From: Ilumatobacteraceae bacterium
GTDB taxonomy: Bacteria > Actinomycetota > Acidimicrobiia > Acidimicrobiales > Ilumatobacteraceae
Direction of reading: 5' to 3'
Assembly: GCA_963716665.1 (NCBI GenBank)
Contig: CAVQTY010000006.1
Location: 2,036 to 66,035, forward strand
DNA length: 64,000 nt
Shown here: positions 1 through 10,123 of the stretch, in pieces
How positions within the stretch are numbered: position 1 is the stretch's first letter
How the letters are laid out: each line of letters starts with the position of its first letter
Notes under the pieces: generated by a model
Database searches by the model: none
What the model was told of the DNA's origin: nothing
What the model saw: only the letters and a program-made list of their open reading frames with translations
Program-made: the position numbers and the translations under genes

Positions 1-3000
1 TTGCCGTGCGGGGATCGGCAGCTCGAAGTCGTTGTGGTCGGCCCAGCCTCGGATCGCCTGGCCGAGCTCTCTGAACCGATCGGCGTGCTCATGTCGGCGC
101 CCGACGCTCGTGAGCAGCGTGACGGTGTTGTTGAGTTGGTGGACGGCGACGGCGTCGCCGCGGGCCCATCGTCCCCAGGTGTCGACCGCTTCGACTTGCT
201 GTCGGAGGTGCGGGAGCTGGTCGAACGTGTGGCGGAGGCGAGCACGCTGGTTGTAGCGACGCAGGTCGTCGTTGGCAGCGGCGAGGCGTGCCATCGCCTG
301 GCTATACCGGTCGATGTCTGGGCCGGTGTGCTGCCGGGCTATTCGCAGCTGTTCGCTGGCCCGTTCGAGGTCGGCTTCGGCCACGGTGAGGTGACGGCGC
401 GCGGCCCGTCGGCCGAGGATGCGGCAGCCGTCGAGACACTTCTCGGCGAGGGCGTGGCTGCGCCAGGCCGCCTCGTGGCGGCTTGTAGATGCTGCGAGAG
501 CATCACGTGCCGGCACCGTCGCCGCGTCGATGCGGGATAGGTCCCGTCGTGCCGCCACGAAGGCGGCGACGAGCTGATCACCCCGCGACTTGCTGAGGGC
601 CGCCTCCTGCTCGGCGACCGCGAGTTGGCCGCGGAGTTCGGCGCGGAGTGGTTCGAACCACGCCGGCATCTCGCAGCGTGGGGTCCGCCTCGGGTGTGGT
701 TGATGCGGTTGTTGTTCGGCAAGGGTGCGGCGTTGGGTGACGGCGGGGATGTCGGCACGGTCGTAGGCGAGAATCCTCTCGAGGGTGTCTCGTGCTTCGG
801 CGACATCGTCGCTGTCGGTGACAACGCAGAGCAGGTTGTCGACTCGCCCGCGGGTCGCTGCGACGTACAGGCCACGGCGGGTTGTGGCCGCGGACACGAG
901 GGCGAGGCTGTGATCAACGGTGTCGGACTGGTAGCCGTGCGCGGTCGCCGCGTATCCGAGGCGCACATGTTGGTGGACGTAGTCGGCTGGCAGCTCGACA
1001 CTGCCGTGCGCGTGTTCCCGGGTGACTGTCAACGAGCCGTCAGTGCCGATTGCCATCACGGTCCAGGTCTCGCGGTTGCGTACCGGCTCTCCTGCGGTTG
1101 TGAGCACGGTCCGGTCGTTTCGGCGGGTGACCACCACGTCGCCGATGTAGGCATGTTCGCCACCGGCGATTCGGGCGACCTGATTCGGGTTGAGGTGTCC
1201 AGCGACGACGCGAGCGCGCTGTACCGCTTGGTTGATCGAGTCGACGTGGTCGTTGGTCGAGGCGACGACGGCGAGGGTGTCGCCTTGTTGGCGGCGCTTG
1301 ATCCAGGTCTCGGCGATGGCACTGAGGTGGTCGTCGAAGGTGCCGGGGATCATCCGATCATGGGCTTCGTAGGCGTCGAGCACACGGGGATCACCGGCGC
1401 GCAGCTTCAGCGTCGCGGCCGCTTCCCACTCGTGAGTGAAGCGGTGGACGCGTTCAAGCTCCTCGACGCGCCCGTTGGTGCACAGCTCAGCGAAGAGGCC
1501 GCCCCGTCCGACGGCTTGCAGCTGGCGATGGTCACCGACGAGAACGAGACGCCACCGCCGCGACTCGGCGAGTGTCACGAGGTGGTGCAGGGCAGGGGTC
1601 GAGAGCATGCCTGCCTCGTCGACGACGACGGTCGTGCCGGCAGCGAGTTGATAGTCGGGTCGTGGTGGCCGGTCGGGACGGTGCCACTCGTGCAACAGCT
1701 TGGCGACAGTGTCGGCGGGCATCCCGGTGTCGCGTTGCAGCACTCGCGCCGCTTTCGCCGTCGGCGCGACGCCGAATACTGAGCGGTGCTGGGCATCGAG
1801 GTCGGTGACGGCGGCGGCGAGCATTCGCGTCTTGCCGGCACCGGCAGGACCGACGACCAGCACGAGACGATCGTCGCCAGCCACGGCGCGGCGGCGCTGG
1901 CTTGGAGCACGTCGAGCCCGGTGCGGTCGAGCGTCTTCGACGGTGCCGGCGGGTCGATCTGGGCCTCGATCGCCCAGGTGATGATGTGCTCCTCTTGAGT
2001 CAGCACGGCGTCGCTGGTGAACCGCGGCGAGGTCGGTTCGACCCACTCCGAGCGACCGTCGGACTTCCGCCGTTTGCTGTCGGTGGGCGGGTCGAGGTCG
2101 ACGCAGAGATCGAGCACCGCATCGGCGGCCCGCTCGACGAAGTCCGCCCAGCACGTGTCCCGTCAGCTGCGCCACGGGTCGATGCAGGTCGCAGATCGCC
2201 TGCACGATGTCGGCCCGACCCCACGACGAACGCGTGCGCGGACACCGCCTCGATGACTTCGGCGAAGCTCACATCTGGAGTGAGTGAACGCTCAGCTCCG
2301 GCGCGTGCGACTTCCGCGACGAGACGGTCAGCGGTCCAGCCGACCGCGGCTCCCTCGTTCTGCCACCGTGTCGTGAGATCGGCGACACCGAGCCCGGACT
2401 TGTGGCCGCGGGTGTCGACTGCAGCCTCTCGCCCCAAGGCCGCTCGCTCGAACCGCGACGGAGATCGGCCCTCGCGCTGGCGAAACTCGTCGACCTTCAC
2501 CTTGAGCGCCTCGTCGACCTGCTTGCCGCGCTTGGAGAACACGTCACGGAGCTCGTCGGGGACGCCGGCGATCTCGGCCTGACCCTTCACGATCGGTACC
2601 CAGTCGACCCCGAAACGGTGCGTGAGCTCGTTGCGCAGCACCGACTGGTACAGGCCGCCGAGCATCCGCTGATGCCGTTTCAGGTAGCGGCCATCGAGCG
2701 CGTACCACTGACCCTCGGTCTGCACCTTCGCTGAGATCACCGCATGGGTGTGGATCTGCGGATCATCGGCACGCGACGTCGTCTGACGGAACACGGCGAT
2801 CGTCAATCCGTTGGTGTCGGGATGGCGACGCTTGTCGTTGTAGCGGATCCGAGTGGTCGACCCGAACCGCTCAAGGTGCGCCAACGCCGCCGAGACGGCG
2901 ACATCGTGTGCTTCGAGGTAGCGGCGGTCGCCGGTCAACGCCCACAACACGCTCAGCGACTTGGGTGCCGAGAACGTGGCGTCGAACCCGGCGACCGCCT

Positions 3001-3250
3001 TCACCACCCGACCATCGGCGACCTTGCGATCCTTCAGCGGGTAGCCGAGCTGTGTCCCCGAGACTGGGTGGCAGCCCGACAGCAATCGTTCCAGCGGCGC
3101 AGTTTCGACGGTGCCGGACAGGCCGAAGCCGGCTGCCTGGTGTCCCGTCCACACTCCCGGCACCTCGCCCGGGGCGCCCGTCAGGTAGCGGGTGTAGTAC
3201 GCCGCCGACGCTGTCGCCGACGAGGCGTGGATCGTGGTCACCCGCAGCAT
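1..3250 (-). CDS. MOBF (TrwC/TraI-type) conjugative relaxase-helicase; frameshifted, 3' end outside window
   Basis: N-terminus MLRVTTIHAS...AAYYTRYL (catalytic Tyr pair), FDATFSAPKS, HUH motif DPQIHTH. Downstream frames give Walker A GPAGAGKT (~1830), VVVDEAGML (~1610), GDHRQL, LGYAATAHGYQ and LYVAATRGR. Frameshifts between ~2220 and ~1890; the frame stays open to base 1. Confidence 0.9.
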
Positions 3251-3716
3251 CAGACCCGACACCCGATCGCCCGCTCGGGCACCTGTCTGCAGAACCAGAT
3301 CGGGCGAACACCTACGACGATCTTGAACATCTCGATCTCAGCCCCTCCGGAGCAGCCGGCGCCACTCGACGGAAACACCGCGATGACCGAAGGAGCGGCC
3401 GACAGAAGCAGCCGCCACAAGTCCAGCCGAGCGCGAACAACGCGCCGACTTCGCCGCTGTCCCGATCGCGATCGTGACAGCGGAGGCGCCGGCGGCCGGC
3501 AGGTACACCCGCCGCTCGACGCCGTTGCAATCGGACAACTTGTCGACGCGCCTCGAACTCACTCCTACGTACTTACACCCATGATTTTCGCACTTCGCCG
3601 CGGGCGGCGATCCGTTCGTAGCGTGGTGTGCCGTCCCGTCACAGCGCGTCACGCCCGATGCCGCGGTGTCGCCCAGAAATTCCTACGCCACCCTCTTGAC
3701 ACGCTCGGCGCCCCGT

Positions 3717-4280
3717 CTACTCGGGAGGCAACAGCCTGAGCTGCTCGGCTGAATTGGCACGACGCTCGGCGAGCGAACGCCGTGCCCGACTTGGCGACCG
3801 ATCGGCGGAGTGACTCGCGCCGTTCGCAGCGCCACCTGAGGTCGCCCGGGTCGCGCGCCGGACCACGATCCGCGCTGGACGGTTGGACCGGTTCAACAGG
3901 TCGCGGACGTAGGACTCGAGCTCGGCCGGTGACACGACCCGGCCGGTGAACGCCAGAGTCAGCAGCCCCGGTCGCGGAATCCGAAGGCAGTTGCCGATCT
4001 TGATCGTCGGGATGCCGTCGCTACCGCCGGTTGCCAAGTACAGCTCGGCCTGCTGATAGGCGAGCGTCCGGCCGATGTGGAGCTCGCGCGCCGCCTCCTG
4101 CACCGTGTACAGCAGCGGCTCTTCGATGGCGTCGGGACGACCGCCAGCGGACGCACCGGCATCAGACGGTCCTGGACGGAAGCACGCAGCACGGGGCGGA
4201 CGACTCGTCGCATCCGCGGACGTCGACGCCGACCGGGCAGTAAGACGTTTCGCGATTCCCATCACACTGTTAAAGGACAA
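3717..4280 (-). CDS. Excisionase-like helix-turn-helix (HTH_17) DNA-binding protein; start uncertain
   Basis: LLYTVQEAARELHIGRTLAYQ...IPTIKIGNCLRIPR is a Xis/MerR-like HTH pattern; located inside the element. Confidence 0.75.
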   Translation of the reverse strand: MSFNSVMGIAKRLTARSASTSADATSRPPRAACFRPGPSDAGASAGGRPDAIEEPLLYTVQEAARELHIGRTLAYQQAELYLATGGSDGIPTIKIGNCLRIPRPGLLTLAFTGRVVSPAELESYVRDLLNRSNRPARIVVRRATRATSGGAANGASHSADRSPSRARRSLAERRANSAEQLRLLPPE

Positions 4281-4584
4281 CGACTCGCGAAAACCGCGAC
4301 ATCAACCGTTGCATCATCTCGGTTGGAGGTAGCTCACTCCGCTTCCGGGCGACACCGACTTGCGCCTGGGATCGCTTACATGAGCGGTGGCCGGTCAGGT
4401 CGTTGATGCTCATGACGTGTTAAAGCGTCAGGACACGCGCAAAGCGCGACCTCGACCGTTCGTTTACCTCGTGAGCACTTCGCTCGCGTCAGTTGAGCGA
4501 CAGCTCGTCGTCGATCGGCGTTCGCACGCGCCCTGACGACGACGGCTCCCGACAGCGACGGCCGGAGGGTCGGGATGCGCAGTA

Positions 4585-4610
4585 TCCTTACTTTGACTCG
4601 GATGTAAGGA
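4585..4610. promoter_or_regulatory. Inverted repeat, probable vapBC autoregulatory operator
   Basis: TCCTTAC-N12-GTAAGGA immediately upstream of the antitoxin start. Confidence 0.5.
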
Positions 4611-4617
4611 GGGAGTC

Positions 4618-4866
4618 GTGGACGCTGCGGCGAAGGTGACCTCGAAGGGACAGGTGACAGTCCCGAAGGCTGTGCGTGACGCGCTGGGCATCAAGGAGGG
4701 CGACGAGGTCGTTTTCCGAGTGGAGGGCAACCGTGCCGTGCTTGCCCGGACACCCGACTTCCTCGCTCTCGCAGGTGCGATCCGGGTGCCGGCGGCGAAA
4801 CGCAATGTCGCTTGGGATGAGGTGATCCGGCGTACGAGGTCTGATCGGGCGGCGAGGCGCCATTGA
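4618..4866 (+). CDS. vapB: AbrB/MazE/SpoVT family antitoxin
   Basis: AKVTSKGQVTVPKAVRDALGIKEGDEVVF; overlaps the PIN gene. Confidence 0.9.
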   Translation: MDAAAKVTSKGQVTVPKAVRDALGIKEGDEVVFRVEGNRAVLARTPDFLALAGAIRVPAAKRNVAWDEVIRRTRSDRAARRH

Positions 4867-5264
4867 GCGCGTTTGTCGACACCAACATCCTGGTCCGGCA
4901 TCTGACCGGTGACCCCGCCGACTTGGCGGCACGGGCGACATCCTTCCTCGGCTCGGAGCGAGAGCTCCTGCTCACTGATCTCGTCGTGGCCGAGACGGTG
5001 TACGTGCTGGAGTCGTTCTACGAAGCGTCCCGCGACGAGGTCGCCGACGCAGTGCGGTCGCTTGTCGCGTTCGGCTCGATCGTCTGCGTGGACCCGGCGC
5101 TACTGCTGCGCGCGATCGAGGTGTACGAGACCGACCGCATCGACTTCGCCGAGGCCTACCTCGTCGCCTGCGCCGAGAGCACCGGGGTCGGCAAGGTCGC
5201 TTCCTTCGACCGGTCGATTGACCGCGTGCGCACCATCGAGCGGATCGAGCCGCCGCCGGTCTGA
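4863..5264 (+). CDS. vapC: PIN-domain toxin
   Basis: FVDTNILV, LTDLVVAE, DFAEAYL, SFDR PIN motifs. Confidence 0.9.
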   Translation: MSAFVDTNILVRHLTGDPADLAARATSFLGSERELLLTDLVVAETVYVLESFYEASRDEVADAVRSLVAFGSIVCVDPALLLRAIEVYETDRIDFAEAYLVACAESTGVGKVASFDRSIDRVRTIERIEPPPV

Positions 5265-5503
5265 CTCACGCCATCAGCCGCCAGCCTCCAGCACCGCGAC
5301 GACGCCAGGTGGTCCAAGTTGCGGCGTGTGCTGAATGCACATGGGAGGTTTGTGTCCTCGACGTTCGTGGCTCAGGCCGCACTCGCCCGTGGTCACTGCC
5401 GCCCCGAAGGCATCGGGCAGTCCTCGCTGAGGTGGGTGGCAAAGAAACCGAGTCTTTGCGTTCAACTACGATCCTCTACTCGGCGCAACGGGGGTGTTGG
5501 GCG

Positions 5504-5740
5504 ATGGACTTCTTCTGGTTCGTGGTCGTGGTCGTGCTGTTCTGCGTGGGTGGCGGCATTGCGATCTGGGGGTTGATCGGCAAGGAGCCTGTGGCACGCC
5601 TGGACTTGAATCCGTACACCCGTGGGTTCGATCAGCCACCGGCAGAGCGTCCCCCAGCGGTGCGGAATCGTGGGCGCTTGATGCTCATCGGTGTCGGGTC
5701 GATGGTCCTTGCCGTCGTGCTCGGGTTCGTCGTCCTGTAG
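5504..5740 (+). CDS. Small two-TM membrane protein, unknown function
   Basis: MDFFWFVVVVVLFCVGGGIAIWG...MLIGVGSMVLAVVLGFVVL has two hydrophobic segments. Confidence 0.6.
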   Translation: MDFFWFVVVVVLFCVGGGIAIWGLIGKEPVARLDLNPYTRGFDQPPAERPPAVRNRGRLMLIGVGSMVLAVVLGFVVL

Positions 5741-5747
5741 CTCGGCG

Positions 5748-6200
5748 TCAGCGGATCTCGATCAGGTGGCCGATGTTGCGACGCACGTGCTTGCGTCCGA
5801 CCATCGCCTGCGCCCGCTCTCGTCACGCTGGTGGGCACGTCGGGCGGCGAGGGTGGCCACGGTGCGATCGACGGCCACTGAGTCATCGATGTCGATGATC
5901 GTCAGCGAGGTAGCACGGCGGTGGGTGCGGTGGTACTCGTAGGCCCTGTCGAGTACCTGACGGCGGAACGTGCCGAGGGAGTTGGCGTAGCCGCCCCGTT
6001 GGTGGCGGATGTCGGTCGGGGTGAAGCTGACCTGTCCGACGTTGGCTCCCGGAGTGGCGGCAAGCTGACCTCCCGCAACGTCACGTCAGCGTGGCGGAAG
6101 TACGCCCCGCTGGTCACGTTGGGGGTGCCGAAGACCGTCACCGACGTTGGGTTGGGGTTGCCACCGCTGCTGAGGTAGCGCCGGTCGTGGTCGTCGGCGC
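5748..6200 (-). pseudogene. Frameshifted hypothetical gene
   Basis: Coding-like segments across frames (VTVFGTPNVTSGAYFRHAD / QVSFTPTDIRHQRGGYANS / LGTFRRQVLDRAYEYH / VGRKHVRRNIGHLIEIR*). Boundaries approximate. Confidence 0.35.
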
Positions 6201-6559
6201 CCGGTCAGCTGGCCGGTTGTGCGGTCAGGTACTGGGTACCTACTCGCCGCGGTCAATCGCGACCGAGGCCCACCCGACGGTGGAGCGCGCCGATCGCTGG
6301 GCCGGTTGTTGCGCCGATCCTGCGTGCGGGTTGCCGTTTCGGGCGACGGACCGGTCCGTCGTCCGCTACGGGCCCGACGCGTGGAGGGCGGCTCGGGGTC
6401 AAGGGCGCCGAGCGGAACAGGTTCCGGCCATGAGCGCAGCGGCGACAGCCAAGGGGCCGGAACGTGTGGAGCGTCCCTTGACGCCGATGAGCGCCGCCCG
6501 GAGCGCACGTTGTTGTCGGTGTGAGCGCTGGCTCGCCCTGACGTGCTCAGCGCACTCCA

Positions 6560-7738
6560 TCAGGTTGAGGCAGTTCGCTTGTTGGTGGGTTGCGTGAGAT
6601 CGCCCGCCCGCTTTCCGATCTTCTCGGTGACGGCGCTGATCGACTCCGGCAGGGCGTGGGCGTAGGTGCGCATCAGCATGTCGGGGCTGTGGCCGAGCAG
6701 GTCGGCGGCGGCACGGATCTCGCCGATGTCGGAGGCGTGGCGGACCATCAGCGTGGCGGCGGTGTGGCGCAGCCCGTGCGAACTGAGTCGCGGCACGCCG
6801 GCCCCGGCGATCAGCCGCTCCAGGGTCTGGTCGAAGTTGCCTGGCGACACCGGCGTGCCGGTCCTGGTGGCGACGACGAGGTCGTTGTCGACCCAGCCGG
6901 AACCGGCGAGGAGCCGCTCCTCGGCCTGGAACTTGCGGTGGGCGGCGAGCGATCGCACGGTCGACTCGATCGATCGCGATCGTCCGACGCGAGCGGGCGT
7001 TCTTGCCGTCGGACCACTCCGGGCGGCCGTGGACCTCGACGAGGCCGCGCTCGATGCGGATCGAGCGCTCGCTTGAGGTCGACGCACGACCAGCGCAGCC
7101 CGAGCAGCTCGCTGCGGCGCAACCCGTACAACACGCAGAGGCGGATCGGTGCCGCCCAGCGGTGATCGTCGATCGAGGCGACGAACCGTCGCACCTCGTC
7201 CTCGGTCCAGGTCTGTGCTTCGCGTTGGAGGTCGGGTTTGGCGACGTGTCGGGGCATGCCGACTCGTGCCGCCGGGTTGCGGCGGATGCTCGCCGGAGGC
7301 CACGGCGTCCTCGAGCGCGGCCCGGAGCACCATGCGGAAGATCCGGATGCTCCGCCGGGCGTAGTAGCCGCCGGCGGCGAGTTCCTCGAGCCAGCGGGCG
7401 ATGTCCTCGCGATCGAGTTGGTCGAGTCGGATGGCGCCGAGGTCGCGGGTGATGCGCTCGGCCGCCCACTCGTACTGCAGTCGGGTCTGGTTGCCGACGT
7501 GGATGCGGCTCGTCGCCCACTGCGTCGACGAGCTGGCCGAGCGTGCCGCGCTCGCTCCCGATCTCCCCAGCTGCCGTCATCGACGCCGCCGCGCTGCGCG
7601 CCGAGCGCGCTGCGAGGAGTAGCTGCCGAGCTGTCGTGGCCGGCGCTTGCCGGTGACGGTGTCGATGCCGTCGACGCGCACGACCCACTTGTCGCGCTGC
7701 CGGCGCACCGTCGGGTGTCCAGTGGCCTTCCACGCCAT
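6560..7738 (-). CDS. Tyrosine recombinase/integrase (frameshifted)
   Basis: MAWKATGHPTVRRQRDKWVVRVDG start with AGGAGG RBS; GLRRSELLGLRW box I; HGLRHTAAT and LLGHSPDMLMRTYAH box II, spread over three frames. Confidence 0.92.
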
Positions 7739-7750
7739 GGCATCCCTCCT

Positions 7751-7774
7751 TGTGATACATCCTGCGATACATCG
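7751..7774. repeat. Tandem 12-bp direct repeat, likely integrase arm-type sites
   Basis: TGTGATACATCC / TGCGATACATCG between the tRNA and the int start. Confidence 0.55.
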
Positions 7775-7785
7775 GCCGAAAACGG

Positions 7786-7818
7786 CCGAGGACCCCGCCG
7801 TTCTGGCGGGGTCCTCGG
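7786..7818 (-). terminator. 14-bp perfect stem-loop downstream of tRNA-Arg
   Basis: CCGAGGACCCCGCC-GTTCT-GGCGGGGTCCTCGG. Confidence 0.7.
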
Positions 7819-7855
7819 ACCTTATCACACCTGCTAGACCGTCAGATTCGGTCAG

Positions 7856-7928
7856 CGCGCTCGGAGGGAGTCGAACCCCCAACCTTCTGATCCGTAGTCA
7901 GATGCTCTATCCATTGAGCTACGAGCGC
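7856..7928 (-). tRNA. tRNA-Arg(ACG)
   Basis: Minus strand GCGCTCGTAGCTCAATGGATAGAGCATCTGACTACGGATCAGAAGGTTGGGGGTTCGACTCCCTCCGAGCGCG forms a cloverleaf with anticodon ACG; CCA not encoded. Confidence 0.97.
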
Positions 7929-7950
7929 AGTTGTTGTGGCCTGGACGAGT

Positions 7951-8580
7951 CTACGCCGATCCTCCTGGCTCCCACAGGGTGGTCTCGAGGTCATGGCGGC
8001 GGGCGTTCTCGATGTCTGCAACGTCGGCCTCCAGCGCGGCGTGGTCCTTGACGATGCACGCTGCGGACGGGAGTTCGTCCGTCGCCGGCCATGACTGCGG
8101 CGACCACAGCGCTCCTCGGCGCAACGCTTTGGCGCAGTGGATGTAGGCCTCGGCAACGGTGACGACCACTGCCACCTTTGCGGGCTTGCCGTCGATGGCG
8201 ACGCGGGCGCAGACGTCGGGATCGGCGACGAGTTCGGCGGTGCCATTCACGCGCAGCGTCTCGTCGAGCCCGGGGATCATGAACAGCAACGCCACGCTGG
8301 GATTGCCGACGAGGTTCTGGAACGAGTCGAGGCGGTTGTTGCCTGCCAAGTCGGCCCACGCCAGCCGTTCGCCATCCAGGGCCTGGACGAATCCCGGCGG
8401 TCCGCCCTTCGGCGAGCCATCGCACACGCCATCGGCGTTGGCGGTCGACAACACGAAGAACGGCGACTTGGCGAGGAACTCGACGCAGTGTTCGTCGAGG
8501 CGGTGGATCACCTTGTCGATGGGTCCGCGGCCGGGTGGCCGGTACACGGCGCGCAAGTCGTCAACGGATTCAAGTCGCAT
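7951..8580 (-). CDS. Pyridoxamine 5'-phosphate oxidase-like FMN-binding protein (MSMEG_1061 type)
   Basis: CDGSPKGGPPGFV, GNNRLDS, LLFMIPGLDETLRVNG, AYIHCAKALRR. Confidence 0.88.
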   Translation of the reverse strand: MRLESVDDLRAVYRPPGRGPIDKVIHRLDEHCVEFLAKSPFFVLSTANADGVCDGSPKGGPPGFVQALDGERLAWADLAGNNRLDSFQNLVGNPSVALLFMIPGLDETLRVNGTAELVADPDVCARVAIDGKPAKVAVVVTVAEAYIHCAKALRRGALWSPQSWPATDELPSAACIVKDHAALEADVADIENARRHDLETTLWEPGGSA

Positions 8581-8602
8581 CTGCCCCAGTGTGCCCGAAC
8601 GG

Positions 8603-9592
8603 CTACACGTGACGCAGCGAGCTCTCCCGGACGATGAGGTCGGTGCCGAGGACGATGCGGCGGGGCGGGTGGGTGGCGCCGGTGATGCGCTCGAGGAGGA
8701 GGGCGGCGGCTTGGGCGCCCATGCGGTAGGCCGGCTGGGACACCACCGAGATCGGCGGGTCGATGAACGGCGCCCAGGGGGCATCGTCGAAGCAGATCAG
8801 GCCGACGTCGTGGCCGGGGCGCAGGTCGCGGGCGCGCAGCTCCTGGAGCACGCCGAGGCCGAGGGCGGCGTTGCCGACGAAGAGACTGTCGGGCGGGCGG
8901 CTCTGGTCGAGCAGGTTGGCCGCCGCCGAGCGCCCGCCGTCGATCGTGAACGGGCGGTGGACGACACGTGAGGTCCGGATCGAACCGGCGCGCAGGGCAT
9001 CCTCGTAACCCTGCCGCCGCAGGGTGGCCGTCTGCGCCGACCGAGGTCCGGTCACGCATCCCGGGCGAGCCCACCCCTGGGCGAGGAGATGCTCGGTGGC
9101 GGTCTCGGCACCGCCCCGCGAGTCCGACGTGACGGAGTCGACCGGCTCGTCGAGCTCCCGGTCGATGAGGACGACGGGGATCTTGGCGGCGAGCAACGGA
9201 CCGATGTCGGTCTGCGTGCTGTGCGGGGACACGATCACGCCGGCGGCCTGCTCGGCGACGGCGAGGTCGACGTAGCGCGACTCCTTGGCCGCCTCCTCGT
9301 CGGCATTGCACAGCACGACGGAGAACTGGCTGGCCACCGCCGCGTCCTCGACGCCGCGGGCAACCGACGTGAAGAACACGTTCTCGATGTCGGAGATGAT
9401 CAGCAACCACAGGCTCGTGCGCTGCCGGCGCAGATTGCGGGCGATGTAGTTGGGCCGGTACCCGAGCTTCTTGGCCGCCGCCCGGACCCGGTCGGCGAGG
9501 ACAGGGTCGACCGCCTCGTTGTTGTTCAGCGCCCGCGACACAGTCGCCACCGATACGTGTGCCTCCCGTGCCACATCGACCAACTTGACCAT
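8603..9592 (-). CDS. LacI family transcriptional regulator
   Basis: KLVDVAREAHVSVATVSRALN HTH, LGYRPN, C-terminal sugar-binding domain. Confidence 0.95.
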   Translation of the reverse strand: MVKLVDVAREAHVSVATVSRALNNNEAVDPVLADRVRAAAKKLGYRPNYIARNLRRQRTSLWLLIISDIENVFFTSVARGVEDAAVASQFSVVLCNADEEAAKESRYVDLAVAEQAAGVIVSPHSTQTDIGPLLAAKIPVVLIDRELDEPVDSVTSDSRGGAETATEHLLAQGWARPGCVTGPRSAQTATLRRQGYEDALRAGSIRTSRVVHRPFTIDGGRSAAANLLDQSRPPDSLFVGNAALGLGVLQELRARDLRPGHDVGLICFDDAPWAPFIDPPISVVSQPAYRMGAQAAALLLERITGATHPPRRIVLGTDLIVRESSLRHV

Positions 9593-9631
9593 CAGGCGGA
9601 TCCCTCGATTCCCCCCGCGGCCACCGACAAG

Positions 9632-9735
9632 GAGAAATCGATCTCTCGGTGCTGCGAAGTTCGTTGAAGCGTCAACGCTCTTCGCTGCCGGTGATCTGCT
9701 TGTTCAGCATCTCCGACAGCGTAATCGTTTGCTCA
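9632..9735. promoter_or_regulatory. Two LacI-type operator palindromes
   Basis: GAGAAATCGATCTCTC (9632-9647) and GCGTAATCGTTTGCTCA (9719-9735), each with a central CG, in the divergent promoter region. Confidence 0.55.
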
Positions 9736-9806
9736 ACAGCCCGGGCACCATCCAAGGCGGCCTCGGCGACGAAAGGAGGGAGTCATTCAAGAGAGAGGAA
9801 GATGCC

Positions 9807-10112
9807 ATGTCTCGATGGACACGTCGTGATCTGTTGCGGACGACCGCGGCGTCGGCCGCCGTGGCCGTGCCGGCCGTCGCGCTGCGCGGCAACATCGCCG
9901 GTGCCTCGCGCTCGCCGCACGGCTCCGCCGACGACGAGCCGGCGGCCTTCGATGCCGCCGAGGTCACCGCCGCCGGTCCGCTGATGGTGTGCGTCCACGA
10001 TGCCGAAGGCGGCGCCGTCTCGATCCTCCACGGGACCGAGGAGATCGTCGTCAACGACCGGCGTCTCGTGTCAAGAATCGTCCGCGCCAAGTCCGGCGCC
10101 AAGAGGGGCTGA
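9807..10112 (+). CDS. Small Tat-signal secreted protein
   Basis: MSRWTRRDLLRTTAASAAV twin-arginine motif. Confidence 0.7.
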   Translation: MSRWTRRDLLRTTAASAAVAVPAVALRGNIAGASRSPHGSADDEPAAFDAAEVTAAGPLMVCVHDAEGGAVSILHGTEEIVVNDRRLVSRIVRAKSGAKRG

Positions 10113-10123
10113 AGGAGCTCGCC

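Larger units (their letters stand above)
1..7855 (-). mobile_element. Integrative mobilizable element (IME/ICE-like) inserted at the 3' end of tRNA-Arg; extends beyond the window start
   Basis: Tyrosine integrase starts about 120 bp downstream of the tRNA-Arg 3' end, followed by a TA pair, an excisionase-like HTH and a MOBF relaxase. The other att site is not in the window. Confidence 0.8.

Noticed and set aside
625-1782. 385-aa plus-strand ORF (and 1-540)
   Set aside because: Antisense shadow of the relaxase helicase domain.
6560-7738. Programmed frameshifting in the integrase or relaxase
   Set aside because: Several shifts without slippery motifs, and similar indels occur throughout the window.
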